From NCBI GenBank assembly GCA_964016885.1, contig OZ024743.1, forward strand, positions 171,616,001 through 171,680,000: DNA of 64,000 bases, written 5' to 3'. The notes beneath the pieces are model-generated. The model was given only the letters and a program-made list of their open reading frames with translations, had not been told where the DNA came from and made no database searches. The translations under genes were made by a program, and so were the position numbers. Positions 43,001 to 57,924 of this stretch are shown one piece after another. Position 1 is the stretch's first letter. Every line of letters begins with the position of its first letter. This stretch comes from Eledone cirrhosa (taxonomy: Eukaryota).

Positions 43001-45885
43001 AGGCCTACAGAGACCGGATTAGCGAACTAGTTAAGCGGGCGTTGACGGGGGCCATCGTCAACAACAAGTGGTGGTTTGCTCTGAAAAGAGCAATTAGAAT
43101 AGAGTCCATTAGGTTTAGTAAGACTTTAGCAATAGAGAAAAATAGAGCAGAGGGAGAAATAGTTAGAAAATTAGATGAGGCGCTTAGCAAAGGCATCGCG
43201 ACCGACGTACTTGCGGCGAAATTGGCCCTTGACCAATTCTTCAATGCAAAGCACGAAGGCTGCGTTGTCAGAGCTAGGGTGCGTGCTCTCAGACACGAGG
43301 GGACGAAAGCCGTTCAATGGGCCCGAGTGGCGGAGGCGCGTCGTGGCAACAAAGCCACGATCCGGTCTTTGGTGGACCACGACGGGCGCATGCTACTCGA
43401 TCCCGGGCAAATGTGTGAAGCTTTTCAGCGACACTTCGCTCAACTGTTCGGGGGCAATGGCGGGCCGGATCGAGGGATGGACTTTAGTGTCTACCTCGAC
43501 GGACTGCCGCGGCTTTCGGCCACTGAGGCGGAGTGTTGCGAAAAGCCGATAACAACCGCTGAAGTACGGGATGCAATGACTAGTTGCACAAGGGGTAAAT
43601 CGCCTGGTTTGGATGGTCTGCCCTATGAACTTTACGTACAAATGCCAAACTTGTTCGGAGGCATCTTGGCGGACGTCTACTGCAACTGCCAACAGAACGG
43701 TAGAATTTCCAGCTCTGTGAGCCGAGGAGCGGTGGCGCTGCTGAGAAAGGATCCGAACAAGGGGGATAACATAGATCATTTTAGGCCCATAACTCTGCTA
43801 AACACAGAGTTCAAGATTTTGGCCAACGTGCTAGCAAAGAGGTTGGCGCTTGTCGTTGGTGGTCTGGTGGGAGAGGCACAGACATGCGCCATTCCCGACA
43901 GATCCATCCACGACAACCTCCACCTCATGCGATACATCGTAGAGAGGGTTGCTAGGGAACCTGGCACGGGTGGGTCTTTGATCAATTTAGATCAGTCGAA
44001 AGCCTTCGATAGGGTCGACCATCGTTACCTAGCGGCAGTCCTGAGGGCGGCTGGCTTTGGGCCCGTCTTCAGAGGCTGGATCGCTGCCATGCACAGCGAC
44101 ATCTGCTCTGTAGTGAGAGTGAACGGTCACCTTTCGGAACCGTTCAACATCATGCGCTCGGTCCGCCAAGGATGTCCCCTCTCGTCCCTATTGTACTCTC
44201 GAGCCATTACTGCACAAACTGGAGACGTCGAGGGGTGTCCCGCGCGAACTAGGATGCGGAAGATCCGTGTCAGCATATGCCGACGATGTCACCGTAGTGG
44301 TGTCGAACGCCAAACACATCGAGGCGATCGGCACTACACTAAGAGAATACGAAGCGGTGACAAGAGCAATGATCAACCAGGAGAAGTCAGTGGGCCTGCA
44401 GCTCGGCACCTGGAGAGGTAGGTCCATGCCGTCCAACAGCGTAGTCGGGCGCTGGACGGACGGACCGGTTAAATTGCTAGGGTCTGGTTCGGTCCAGACC
44501 TCCAGACGGACAAAAACTGGGACGAGGTGACGAGCAGGGTGGCTTCTCTCACCCAGAAATGGGCCGAGAGGAAGCTATCCCTGAAAGGTCGAGCGGAGGT
44601 GGCGAATGCGTACATCGCATCCGTCATCTACTACCGCCTGACCGTCGTACCTTGTCCTAAGCCCCGTCTGACTGCGCTGGAGCGTTTGCTCTTTCGCTTC
44701 TTGTGGAAGGGACGCGCTCCGATGGTCAGGCGGTCCATCTGCTGTCAACACCCGCTACGTGGAGGGCTGGGCATGCCGTGGCTGATGATGCGCAGACACG
44801 CGCTCAGGCTACGACATCTCCACCTCTTCCTCGACGGTGATCAGGTGTGGTCGCCGTTTGCTAGACACGTTTTTCCCCAGCTCGTCTCCTTGACGGAGCT
44901 GCAGTCCTGGGTCAAGCGAAGACTGAGAGGGAGCGCTTGGAGACTGGAATGTCTTCAGGCGCTCACAGCCCTCGACCAATCAGGCAATGTGATCGGTGGA
45001 AACTCCACCTTGGCGTTCTATAGGGGATTAGTGGAGAGGAAGAGCGACGACGTACTTGGAGAAACGCTAGGCGTCGACGAAAATCAACTAGGCAATCTCT
45101 TCGGAAGGACTTTCGGGCCGGGGCCTATGGACAACTTCCAGAAATCCCTGGCCTGGCAGTGCTACCGAGGAGCTTTGCCAGTTCGGGATAAACTCTACAG
45201 GCATGGAAGTGCCGTCAGCCGGGCATGTCCGAGATGCGCGCAGGGCGACGAAACCGTCCTGCACGCACTCGTCCAGTGTCCGAGCATTGCTGACTTGTGG
45301 GTTTATGTCGAACACCTGCTGTCACGTGTAGGACGGATCCAGCTATCAGCTGAGTCCATCGTGAGGATTGCTCCGCCCCCTTCCTTTAGCCGGGAAGGGC
45401 AGGCAGTTTTTATCTGTCTGGTGGCCATGGCGAAAGAGATAGTATGGTGGACACGTTTGAAAGGGCTGAAGACGAGCACTTACCTCTTCGGTGATGCCCT
45501 GATTAACTTTTTCAAATTTCATTTGAAAAGGAAAATCAGGGTAGAGAGGGAAGTGCTCTCTTCCCAGCATTTTGTTGAAAGATGGGTGAGAGAAGCAAGT
45601 ATGGCCCGAATGAATGGGCCTTCTCTGAGTATGTGTCTGTAAATTAAAGGTGGAAAACTGGGAGAGGGCACTTGCCCTGGTGGTCAGGGCCACTGTGGTC
45701 TTTTAATGGGCTTTCTCCACAAATGTCCCTCGGAAGTCTCTCCCCTATTGGGGAATTTTTCTTTGTTATTTTATTTCAACCTCTGTTTTTTTTACACGCA
45801 GAAATGCCCATTTGTACCGTCCTGTATTGTCCTGTACTGTCCTTAATGTCTACTTTATGTAAATCTTTGTGGTTAATAAAGAAAA

Positions 45886-45886
<1 letters not shown>
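40069..45886 (+). mobile_element. Tx1-clade LINE copy C, nearly full length (ORF1 ~40232-42198, ORF2 42233-45642, several frameshifts)
   Basis: ORF1 with Thr/Asn/Pro low complexity and CX2CX4HX4C knuckle (CVVCGEGTHLSVFC); ORF2 starts LRIGSINARGL..ISET, with APE, RT (YADD) and zinc finger. Confidence 0.94.
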
Positions 45887-45931
<45 letters not shown>

Positions 45932-45950
45932 TTTTTTTTTTTTTTATTAT

Positions 45951-48900
45951 ATGCCATAGTTGACAGAGGCTCGGCTCTGTAAGGTATTGTAATTTTTAAC
46001 AGTTATAACAATTGTAAATTGTTTAAATCTTGAACCAAATTGTAGATAAAGACACCCTCCTCCTCGTGAGAGGGGTCTTTCTGTCCGTTATTTGGCTCTT
46101 CGGGGTTAAATACCAGTTATTGGGTATTTGTGCCCAATACTCATTTTAAACCCTAAAAAAACATGGATACAAAAAATAATTTTCACAAGTCACTCCTTCC
46201 GTCTTCTTCTTCCCCGATCGTCATTACGTCAGAGAAATATTGTCTCTCTCCCTCCCTTCTCTAAATGTGGTGTCACCTCTGTCGCCTCTTTCGCAAGCGA
46301 CGCCATTAAAGAAAAAGAAAAATGTAGTTTTTCGTAGCGTTCTTCATCAAGAGAACGCGCGTGCCGTGGAACATTTCTCCACGACGACGACGATGAAAGA
46401 TGTGTGCGGTAAATACGGAAAGCCATTTCATTCGTCTGACGTCATGAAGAATAGCAGCAGCAGCCGTAATAACAGCAGCAGCCGTAATAACAGCAGCAGC
46501 AGCAACAGTGGCGAGAAAAATACTAGTAGCAGCCGCAACAACATCAGCAGTAGCATAAAAACAACAGCAACAGCAACAGCAACAACAACAACAGCAGCAA
46601 CAACAGCAACAACAAAAAAACAGCGGCGGCCGCGGTCGTAGTACCAGCAGCAACAACAAAAGTAACAGCAGCTCTGACGACAACAACAACAAGAAAGAAA
46701 AACCAATCTCATTTGCAGGTATCGCAAAGAACCTGGAAACATCTTTATAACAAATGAAAAATTACAGGAAGCAAGGAAAACCGGACACCGAGCAATTTGC
46801 AAGGCAGCCGAAGAATGTTTCGAAATCCAACAGCACAGGTCACGTACCGTACAGTAAGCAAAAAATCACGTAGTGTTGAAAGAGCCACAAAGAGTCAAAT
46901 ACAAAAAGCCTTAGGGTTTGTGTGGCAGCGGAAAACGCATATCACCCGAGGCAAGAAATATGCCACCGTGGACATGCTTGTTGCTACACCCCAGGAGGCA
47001 TAGGCTCAATCCTTAGTGACTCTAATGAGCAAGGAAATGGTGTTGTTGCCTTTCTACTGCGGGCAAAAATTTGTGAGGGTCAAACTGACCTAAGTCCACC
47101 CCCCTCGGATGGCCCCTTCTTGCCTGGCCGCGTGTGTCCTCGTCGGAATCGTGGACAAAACAACCGTACTGCAAGTACAGAAAAAAGTACGAGAAGATTG
47201 GGTCGGCGTATCCATTGAGATGTTAATTCAAACCAACCAGGAGTGCACATAAGCTATGCCGGATATGATAGACTTCGATAACGGCACTCAACTTCCCATA
47301 AGTGTTGAAGGCAAACGCCCGAAATGCTTTCGCTGTGGATCGAAGACTCACCTCAGGGCCTTCTGCAATGAGAAGACCCTGAGAAAGGAGAAAACCCCCC
47401 TCCTTCCGAAACCGGCTTCACGGCTACCAGCAACAGGACAGGCGGCAAACAGGAAGGAAAGGTCCTTGGCACCCATACCCACGCCACGGAAATCAAGAAC
47501 AGCAGCAGCAGTGGAAGTATTAACAACAACAACAGTAATACCAACTGCAGCTGCAACAGAGACGCCACCGCAACCATCACCAACAAGAACAAGTGAAAGA
47601 GTGTAGCTGGTACCCCTCCCCGACCTCACAGAATCGGACATGGAGTGTGAGGTGGGAGAGGGATGGCAAAAGGTCGCAAGAAGACGCAACGCAGAAGCAA
47701 CGCATCGTCTCTTTCGGAAAGGGAGGGAAGAGAAGGGTAAAGGCTACTGCAAAGAGATTTACAGCAGCAACACCACCAACACTATCACCACCCACACTAG
47801 CATTACCATCACCACCGGCGGCAACTCCACCGCCAACAACAACAACACCTTAAAAAATACCACCACAAGCACCAACATCGCAAACACAACAACAAAACAC
47901 ACACACCCAGCAACAACGACGAGAAAATAGCAGAACCACCCCACACCCCCAGAAAAAGAAATGCATAGTAATAAATACACTACTGACTTACATAATTGAA
48001 CACACAGACAGTTCACAGCACGACTATATAATACCAGCACCAATCAAAACACCAACGAACATAAGACTGGTAAGAATATTACAGAAACAATACACTAACA
48101 TTAAAATGAAATTCTCCAACGCAGTTGGTGATTTCAGAGACCTAGGAGGGACATTCAACCGGAGAGTATACTCGGAAATACTCACAGAAGAGCCGACGAC
48201 CAGCCGAAGGGACGGTTCAACGGTCCCTTCACCAGACGATCAAGGTAAGTGATCCTTTCTCACTTGCCCCGTTCCTCACCCAACATGGCCGTATTCAGGA
48301 TCGGAAGTGTAAACGTGTGTGGCTTGAGCTCGGTTTGGAAGCAGGGCCACTTGCTTAACGATCTCAGGTGACTAAACATAGATTTGGTGGCCATCAGCGA
48401 GACGAGAATCTCCGAAACGCAAGCTTTCGCACCGATCTTCGACGGTTACGAGGTGTACGCATCACCGAGCCCTCCGGTAGCGGGGGGCGGAGTGGCTGTG
48501 TTGTTTCGGAAAGGCTTGGGTCTCGCGATACGGACCATATTCCTGGACCCAGAAGGTAAGTCAGTGGTGCTGGACGTGAACGGCACCGAAGGCAACGCTT
48601 TCAGGCTAGTAGCCGTCTATGTCCCGACAGGGACGGGACGGTCAGATTTCTTCAGACGTCTAGAGACCTTTCTGGGAACGTCCCGTTCTTTAGTGTTAGT
48701 GGGCGACTGGAACGGTATCTTGGATGCACGCTGGGATTGGGTGGGGCTATTGGATAGGTGAAGAGGGTGCAAGAGCCTCACCAACCTGCTCAGACGTTTT
48801 GAACTGTCTGACAGGTATCGACTGGATCACCCGAATGTGCCAATGTGGACATGGACAAATCATAACGAGTCATCCAGATCGTATCTAGATAGGGTATTCT

Positions 48901-51900
48901 GCAGGGAACTAGACAAGGCTAGTGTAGGTTGTCCACAATTTTAAATAGTCGACTACACAGACCACAAATTTGTGATCTGTGAGATCGACATAGATAGACT
49001 TCATAAACAAGGACATGTTTATTGGAAGCTGAACGCCTCTTTCTCGGCGCGCAAAGCCTACAATGACCGGGTTAGCGTATTAGTTAAGCGGGCGTTGACG
49101 GGAGCGGTCGTCAACAACAGGTTGTGTTTTGCCCTGAAAAGGGCAATTAAAGTAGAGTCGATTAGGTTTAGCAAAGGAGTAGCGATAGAGGACTATAGAG
49201 TAGAGGGAGAGCTAGTCAGAAAGATAGAAGAGGCGTTTAGGATAGGCATCGCAACCGACGTTCTTGCGGCGAGATTGGCACTCGACCAATTCTTCAACAC
49301 AAAACACGAAGGCTGCGTTGTCAGAGCTAGAGCGCCTGCCCTTAAACACAAGGGGACGAAAGCCGTCCAATGGGCCCGGGTGGCAGAGGCGCGACGTGGC
49401 AACAAAGCCACAATTCGGTCTTTGTCTGACCAAAATGGGTACATGTTGTTCGAACCCGAGCAGATGTGTGAAGCTTTTCAGCACCACTTTGCTGAACTGT
49501 TCGGGAACGGCGGCGAGCCGGGTCGGGGTATGGATTTCAATGCATACCTCGATGGACTGCCTCGGCTCTCGACGACCGCAGTAGAGTGTTGCGAAAAGCC
49601 AATAACAGCTGGTGAAATACGGGAAGCGATAGCTAACTGCACAAGGGGTAAATCGCCAGGTTTGGATGGTCTGCTCTACTATCTTTATGCATTTATACCA
49701 GACTTGTTTGGTGAACTCTTGGCAGACGTCTACTGCAACTGGCAGCAGAACGGGAGTATTCCCAATTTTGTGAGCCGGGGAGCGGTGGTGCTGCTGAGCT
49801 AAGACTCGAAAAAGGGGGATGTTATCGATAATTTCAGGCCCATAACCCTGCTAAACGCAGAGTTCAAGACTTTGGCCAGGGTGTTAGCAACGAGGTTGGC
49901 GCTTGACGTCGAGGGTCTGGTGGGAGAGGCGCAGACATGCACCATTCCGAACAGATCCATACACAACAGCGTCCACCTCATGCGATACATTGTAGAGAGG
50001 GTGGTTAAGGAACCTGGCACGTGTGGGGCCCCTGATCAACTTGGATCAATCCAATGCATTCGATAGGGTCGATAATCGGTACCTAGCGGCGGTCCTCGAG
50101 GCAGCCGGTTTCCGGCCCGTTTTAAGGATTTGGATCACTGCGATGTACAGCGACATCTGCTCAGTTGTGAGGGTGAACGGTCACCTGTCGCAGCCGTCAG
50201 CATCATGCGCTCGGTCCGCCAGGGTTGTCCCCTCTCGTCCCTCTTGTACGTATTGGCTCTCGAGCCGTTACTGCACAAACTGGGAGCGATGAGAGGCGTC
50301 CCACGCGAACTAGGATGCGGGAAATCCGAGTCGGCTTACGCTGACGACTTCACCGTCGTTCTGTCGAGCACTAGACACGTCCAGATGCTCTGCATCGCTC
50401 TCAAGGAATACGAAGCGGTGACAGAAGCAAAGGTAAACCAGGAAAAGTCGGTGGGCTTGCAGCTCGGCACCTGGAGAGGCAAGTCCATGCCGTCCGCCAG
50501 CGTCGTGGGGCGTTTGACGAACGGACCGGTTAAATTGCTCGGGGTCTGGTTCGGACCGGACCTCCAGATGGAGAAAAACTGGAGCCAGATGACGAGCAGG
50601 GTGGCCTCCCTCACTCAGAAATGGGCCGAGAGAAAGCTGTCCCTGAAATGCCGGGCGGAAGTGGCGAATGCGTACATCGCATCCGTCATCTGCAACCGCC
50701 TCACTGTCGTCCCTTGCCCCGGCCCAACTCTCACCAAAATGGAGTGCCTCCTCTTCCGCTTTTTGTGGAAGGGACGCGCTCCCATGGTCTGCTGTCAACA
50801 CCTGTGCATGCCATGGCTGATGATGCGCAAACATGCGCTGAGGCTGCGACATCGCTGGTGCTTCCTTGACGGTGAACAGATGTGGTCGTCGTTCACCGGG
50901 CACGTTTTCCCACAGCTCGTCTCCTTGACGAAGCTGCAGTCCTGGGTCAGGAAAAGACCGACGGATAGCGCTTGGAAACTGGAATGTCTCCAGTCGCTCA
51001 CTGCCCTCTGCCAGCTCGGCACCAGTATCGGTGGAACATCCACTTCGGCGTTCTATAGAGGACTAGTGGAGGAGAAGAGCGACGACGTTCTCCGAGAGAT
51101 CCTTGGCGTGGGAGAAAATCAATTGTTTCCTCTCTTCCGGAGAACTTTCAGACCAGGGCCTATGGATAACTTCCAGAAATCCCTGGCCTGGCAGTGCTAC
51201 CGGGGAACGTTGCCGGTTCGAGATAAACTCTACAGGCACGGAAGTGCCGTCAGCCGGGCCTGTCCGAGATGCGCGGAGAGCGACGAAACCGTCGTGCACG
51301 CACTCGTTCAGTGCCCGAACATTGCTGACTTGTGGAGCTATTTCGAACAGTTGCTGTCGCATGTAAGACTGATCCGGTCATTGACTGAGTCCATTGTGCT
51401 GATGGTCTCGCCGTCTTCCTTCGAGGAGGAAGGGCAGGTGATTTTTATCTGCCTGGTGGCCATGGCGAAAGAGATTGTGTGGTGGACAAGATTGAAAGGG
51501 TTAAAGACAGACACTTTCCTCTTCGGCGAATCGCTAATTAACTTTTTCAAGTTTCACTTGAAGAGGAAAATCAGGGTGGAGAGGCAAGTGCTGCCTTCTA
51601 GCAAGTTTGTTGAAAGGTGGGTGAATGTAGCGAGAATGGTCCGAGTGAACGGGACCACTCTGAATATACGTCTGTGGTTTGAGAAATGGAAAAATTGAGA
51701 GAGGGCGCTTGCCCTGGTAGTCAGGGTGGCCGTGGTCTTTTGTGTGGTTTTCGCCACGAGTATCCTCGGAGGTTTCCACCCTATTGGGGAATTATTCATT
51801 GTTTCAATTTTCATTTTTATTGTTTATATATATAAATGTTTTATGTCCTTTTTTTCTTTTCTTATATAAATAATAAAAATATTTACACGCACAAAACCCA

Positions 51901-51976
51901 GATCGTACCGTCCTGTACCGTCCTGTGCCGTCTGTAATGTTTTTCTTGATGTCAGCCCTTGTGGCCAATAAAGAAA

Positions 51977-51977
<1 letters not shown>
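45951..51977 (+). mobile_element. Tx1-clade LINE copy D, full length, second subfamily, decayed
   Basis: Distinct 5' UTR and ORF1 N-terminus; knuckle CFRCGSKTHLRAFC; ORF2 ~48284-51698 with stops and frameshifts; (ATT)n on both sides. Confidence 0.93.
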
Positions 51978-52017
<40 letters not shown>

Positions 52018-55000
52018 GTTGGTGAAGCCACGCTTCTTATCGCCTCCAGTCTTTTTCAACGTTTTACCTCTTTTTCAACCGTTCTAAACCTTTTATTCAA
52101 GTTTTAAATTTGATAAAAGTTTAGAAGAAGTGACCCACCTAATACAGGGGTTCACTAGTAAATAATACGGCACCCCTTTCCGGGGTGTCGTATTCGTATT
52201 TGTGTAAAAAAAATTTTTTTTTTTAAATTTCAACATGGATAACACAAAGAGAGAGAGCGCTGTCAGACAACACAGAGATAGGGAGACTTTATCAGCATGT
52301 CAACAAGACAGCGTTCCAGCGGAGGTAAATATAAACGAAAATATTACAAACGAAAAAAAGATTGTTACAGATTTAAAATTAACAAATATTTCTAACACAA
52401 ACAACACCAACAATAACACCAACAACATCACCAAAAATAACAGCGGTAAAGTCGAGAACGACAATAACAAAAATAACAGCGGTAAGGTCGAGAACGACAA
52501 TAAAAATGACAATAACAACAGCCACAACAACAATAATAGTAGGATTAGTATCAACAAAAACAACAATAATAACAACAGCCACAATAACAGTAACAGCAGC
52601 AACAGTATCAACGAAAACAACACCAACAACTGTACCAGCGAAAAGAACAACAATGACACCGATACCAGTAATAGCGACCTCAGCACCACCAGTAAGACCA
52701 GTAGCGGCAGCAATAGTGGTGCTGCTGAAAAAGGGACCACTTCTTTTGCAGGTGTCGCCCGAAATATCGAGACAGTGTTAGTCACAGAGGAGGAGATGGC
52801 AGTCGCAAGGGCCATGGTGACAAGAAGCGCAAATAGAGTTTCCCTGAAACCTCCACCCGATTTTTTCAAGGACCAGCAGCTACGGACGGTGACTTACCGC
52901 ACCGTAAGCAAAATCTGACATCGAGTGGAGAGAGCCAGGGAGGCTCAAATCCAAAAGGCTTTGGGGTGCGTCTGGGCACGCAAAACCCACATCACCCGAA
53001 GCAGAAAGTACGCACCGTAGACGTACTTTTCGCCACCCCCCAGGAATCAAAGTCTCACTCTTTAGAAACCCTAAAGAGTGAGGAGATAATCTTGGTGCCC
53101 TCTTACTGCGGGCAGAAAATTGTGAGGGTCAAAGTAACCCAAGTCCCACCCGACGTGCCCATACTTTGGCTGGCCGCGTCTGTACTTGCTGGAATTGAGA
53201 ACAGGGCGACCATGCTGCAAGTAGAACAAATAGGGAGAGAGAACTTGTCAGGTATAAGCATGCAAATGCTTATACAAACTGACCAGGAATGTATCGAGGC
53301 TATCCCCGATATCATAGACATCGAGGAAGGACTCCAACTCCCTATAAGTGTAGAAGGAAGACGGCCAAAATGTTATCTCTGTGGGTCGAAGGGTCACCTC
53401 AGGGCCTTTTGCCCGCAGAAGACAGGGAAGAGGGCCCCTCTCCTTCCAATACCTGGTCCGCTGCTACCAAGAGCAGGACAGGCAACAAACGAATAAGCCC
53501 CTTCCACGGTGAGTAGGAGGGCAACGTCTGTAGCACTCGTACCAAGGCCACGGATAACTAAAGCAGCATCATCAGTAGCGGTAACACCAATAGCTACATT
53601 TGAAGTAGCTACACCAGCAACAAAATTGCCGAAGATTGCTCCACTACCACCACCTCCCAGACGCCACAGAATCCGACATGGAGATTGAAGCGGGAGTGAA
53701 GTGGCAAACAGTCTGCCACAAAAAAGAAAAAAGAAAAAAACCCTTAGATTCATCCTCCAAAAGCGAAGGCATACAAAGAGGGGTAAAGGCAGCAAGGAAA
53801 CTTGCAGCAACACCACCACCATCACCACCACAAACACCAACAACGCAAACACAACAAGACACACACACCAAACAGCAACAAGAAGAAAACAGCAACAAAA
53901 TCACCCCTCCCCACAAAAAGTACACAGCCATAAACATGGCAAAAAAAGAACTCATACAATATATAAAGCAGCACACAGACATCACAGAAAAAAACTATTA
54001 CACCCCACCAACACCAAGAACTCTCTTGACAAACATAAGAATCATCGAAATCTCAATAGAACAGTACAAACCTTTAAAACAAAAATTCCCCAACGCAGTT
54101 GGAGACTTCAGAGAGACGGTTACCAACAGGATATACACTGACATCCTCTTGGAAACACCCATGACCAACGAAAGGGACGGTTCTACTGTCCCTTCACCAC
54201 ACGAACAAGGTAAGTGACCCTTTCTCACTTGCCCCGTTTCTCATCCAACATGGCTGTACTCAGAATAGGCAGTATAAATGCACGTGGCCTGGGGTCATCT
54301 TGGAAGCAAGGTCACCTGCTCAATGACCTCAGGTCACTAAACATAGATGTGGTGGCCATCAGTGAAACCAGAATCTCCGAGGCACGGGCCTTCGCAACGA
54401 TCTTCGGTGGCTACGATGTATACGCATCTCCCAGCCGTCCAGGATCGGGGGGAGGGTTTGCCGTCCTTTTTCGGAGAGGCTTGGATCTCGCGATACGGGC
54501 CATTTTCCTGGAACCAGAAGGTAAGTCGGTGGTGCTGGACATGACCGGCACCGAAGGCAATCCTTTCAGGCTAGTAGCCGTCTACGCCCCAACAGGGGCA
54601 GGACGGCCCGATTTCTTCAAACGTCTAGAGACCTTTCTTGGAACGTCCCGCTCTTTAGTGTTTGTGGGCGACTGGAACGGTATCTTGGATGCACGCTGGG
54701 ATCGTGTGAGGCTAATGAATAGGGGAGGAGGGTGAAGAGCCTCACCAACCTGCTCAAACGTTTTGAACTGTCTGACAGGTATCGACTGGATCACCCGAAT
54801 GTGCCAATGTGGACATAGACAAACCGCATCGGGTCATCCAGATCGTATCTCGATAGGGTTTTCTGCAGAGAACTAGATAAGGCTAGTATAAGTTGTCCAC
54901 AATTTTAAAATAGTCGACTACACAGACCACAAATTTGTGATCTCTGAGAACGAAATAGACAGACTTCATAGACAAGGGCCTGGTTACTGGAAGCTGAACA

Positions 55001-57909
55001 CGTCTTTCCCGGCGCGCAAAGCCTACAGAGACCGGATTAGCGTATTAGTTAAGCGGGCGTTGACGGGAGCGGTCGTCAACAACAGGTGGTGGTTCGCCCT
55101 GAAAAGGGCAATTAAAGTAGAGTCGATTAGGTTTAGCAAAGGAGTAGTGATAGAGGAATATAGAGTAGAGGGAGAGCTAGTCAGAAAGATAGAAGAGGCG
55201 TTTAGGATAGGCATCGCAACCGACGTGCTTGCGGCGAGATTGGCACTCGACCAATTCTTCAACACATAACACGAAGGCTGCGTTGTCAGAGCTAGAGCGC
55301 GTGCTCTGAAACACGAGGGGACGAAAGCCGTCCAATTGGCCCGGGTGGCAGAGGCGCGACGTGGCAACAAAGCCACAATTCGGTCTTTGTCTGACCTAAA
55401 TGGGTGCGTGATGCTCGAACCCGAGCAGATGTGTGAAGCTTTTCAGCACCACTTTGCTGAACTGTTCGGGAGCGGCGGCGGCACGGATCGGGGCATGGAC
55501 TTTAGTGCATACCTTGATGGACTGCCTCGGCTCTCGACAACCACAGCACAGTGTTACGAAAAGCCAATACCAGCCGGTGAAATACGGGAAGCGATGGCTA
55601 ACTGCACAAGGGGTAAATCGCCAGGTTTAGATGGTCTGCCCTACGAGCTTTATGCATTTATGCCAGACTTGTTCGGTGACCTCTTGGCAGACGTCTTCTG
55701 CAACTGGCAGCAGAACGGGAGCATTCCCAGTTTTGTGAGCCGGGGAGCAGTGGCGCTGCTGAGAAAAGACCCGAACAAGGGGGATGTTATCGATAATTTC
55801 AGGCCCATAACCCTGCTAAACGCAGAGTTAGAGATTTTGGCCAAGGTGTTAGCAACGAGGTTGGCGCTTGTCGTCAAGGGTCTGGTGGGAGAGGCGCAGA
55901 TATGCGCCATTCCGGACAGATCCATACACGACAACCTCCACCTCATGCGATACATCATAGAGAGGGTGGTTAAGGAACCTGGCAAGGGTGGGGCCCTGAT
56001 CAACTTGGATCAATCCAAAACATTCGATAGGTTCGACAATCGGTACCTGGCGGCGGTCCTCGAGGTAGCCGGTTTCGGGCCCGTTTTCAGGGGTTGGATC
56101 GAGAGCAATGTACAGTGACATCTGCTCAGTTGTGAGGGTGAACGGTCACCTGCCGCAGCCGTTCAGCATCATGCACTCAGTCCGCCAGGTTTGTCCCCTC
56201 TCGTCCCTCTTGTACGTATTGGCTCTCGAGCCGTTACTGCACAAACTGGGAGCGATGAGAGGCGTCCCACGCGAACTAGGATGCGGGAAATCCGAGTCGG
56301 CTTACGCTGACGACGTCACCGTGACGTTGTCGAGCACCAGACACGTCCAGCAGCAGACAAGTCGGTGGGCTTGCAGTTCGGCACCTGGAGCGGCAAGACC
56401 ATGCCGTCCGACAGCGTCGTGGGGGCGTTGGACGGACGGACCCGTTAAATTTCTCGGGGTCTGGTTCGGACCGGACCTCCAGATGGAGAAAAACTGGAAC
56501 GAGGTGACGAGTAGGGTGGCCTCCCTCACCCAGAAATGGGCTGAGAGGAAGCTGTCTCTGAAAGGCCTGGCGGAAGTGGCGAATGCGTACATCGCATCCG
56601 TCATCTGCTACCGCCTCACCGTCGTCCCTTGCTCCAGCCCAACTCTCACCAAAATGGAGCGCCTCCTCTTCCGCTTTTTGTGGAAGGGACGCGCTCCCAT
56701 GGTCAGACGATCCATCTCCTGTCACCACCCGTTGCGTGGAGGACTGGGCATGCCATGGCTGATGATGCGCAAACATGCGCTGAGGCTGCGACATCTCTGA
56801 TGCTTCCTTGATGGTGAACGGGTGTGGTCGTCGTTCCCCAGGCACGTTTTCCCACAGCTCGTCTCCTTGACGGAGCTGCAGTCCTGGGTCAGAAAAAGAC
56901 CGAGGGATAGCGCTTGGAAACTGGAATGTCTCCAGGCGCTCACTGCCCTCTCCCAGTTGGGCACTAGTATCGGTGGAACATCCACCTCGGCGTTCTATAG
57001 AGGACTAGTGGAGGGGAAGAACGACGACATTCTCGGAGAGATCTTGGGCGTCGAAGAAGATCAGCTGTCTGCTCTCTTCCGGAGAACTTTCAGCCCGGGG
57101 CCTATGGATAACTTCCAAAAATCCCTGGCCTGGCAGTGCTACCGGCGAGCGCTGTCGGTTCGAGATAAACTCTACAGGCACGGAAGTGCCGTCAGCCGGG
57201 CCTGTCCGAGATGCGCGCAGAGCGACGAAACCGTTGTACACGCACTCGTTCAGTGCCCGAGCATTGCTGACTTGTGGAGCTATGTCAAACAGTTGCTGTA
57301 ACGTGTGGCACTGATCCGGTTGTCGACTGAGTCCATTGTGTAGATGGTCTCGCCGTCTTCCTTCGAGGAGGAAGGGCAGGCAGTTTTCATCTGCCTGGTG
57401 GCCATGGCGAAAGAGATTGTGTCGTGGACAATGTTAAAAGGGTTATAGACAAACACTTTCCTCTTCGGCGAATCCCTAATTAACTTTTTCAAGTTTCACT
57501 TGAAGAGGAAAATCAGGGTGGAGATGCAAGTGCTGCTTTCTAGCAAGTTTGTTGAAAGGTGGGTGAATGTAGCGAGAATGGTCCGAGTGAACGGGACCAC
57601 TCTGAATATACGTCTGTAGTTTGAGAGATGGAAAAATTGAGAGAGGGCGCTTGCCCTGGTTGTCAGGGTGGCCGTGGTCTTTTGTGTGGTTTTCGCCACG
57701 AGTAACCCTCGGAGGTTTCCCCCACTATTGGGGAATTATTCATTGTTTCAATTTTCATTTTTATTGTTTATATATATAAATGTTTTATGTCCTTTTTTTC
57801 TTTTCTTATATAAATAATAAAAATATTTACACGCACAAAACCCACATCGTACCGTCCTGTGCCGTCTGTAATGTTTTTCTTGATGTCAGCCCTTGTGGCC
57901 AATAAAGAA
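52018..57909 (+). mobile_element. Tx1-clade LINE copy E, full length, D-like ORF2/3' UTR with a different 5' end
   Basis: ORF1 52235-54217 (Asn-rich N-terminus, CYLCGSKGHLRAFC); ORF2 ~54250-57619 disrupted; (ATT)n on both sides. Confidence 0.93.
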
Positions 57910-57924
57910 ATTATTATTATTATT

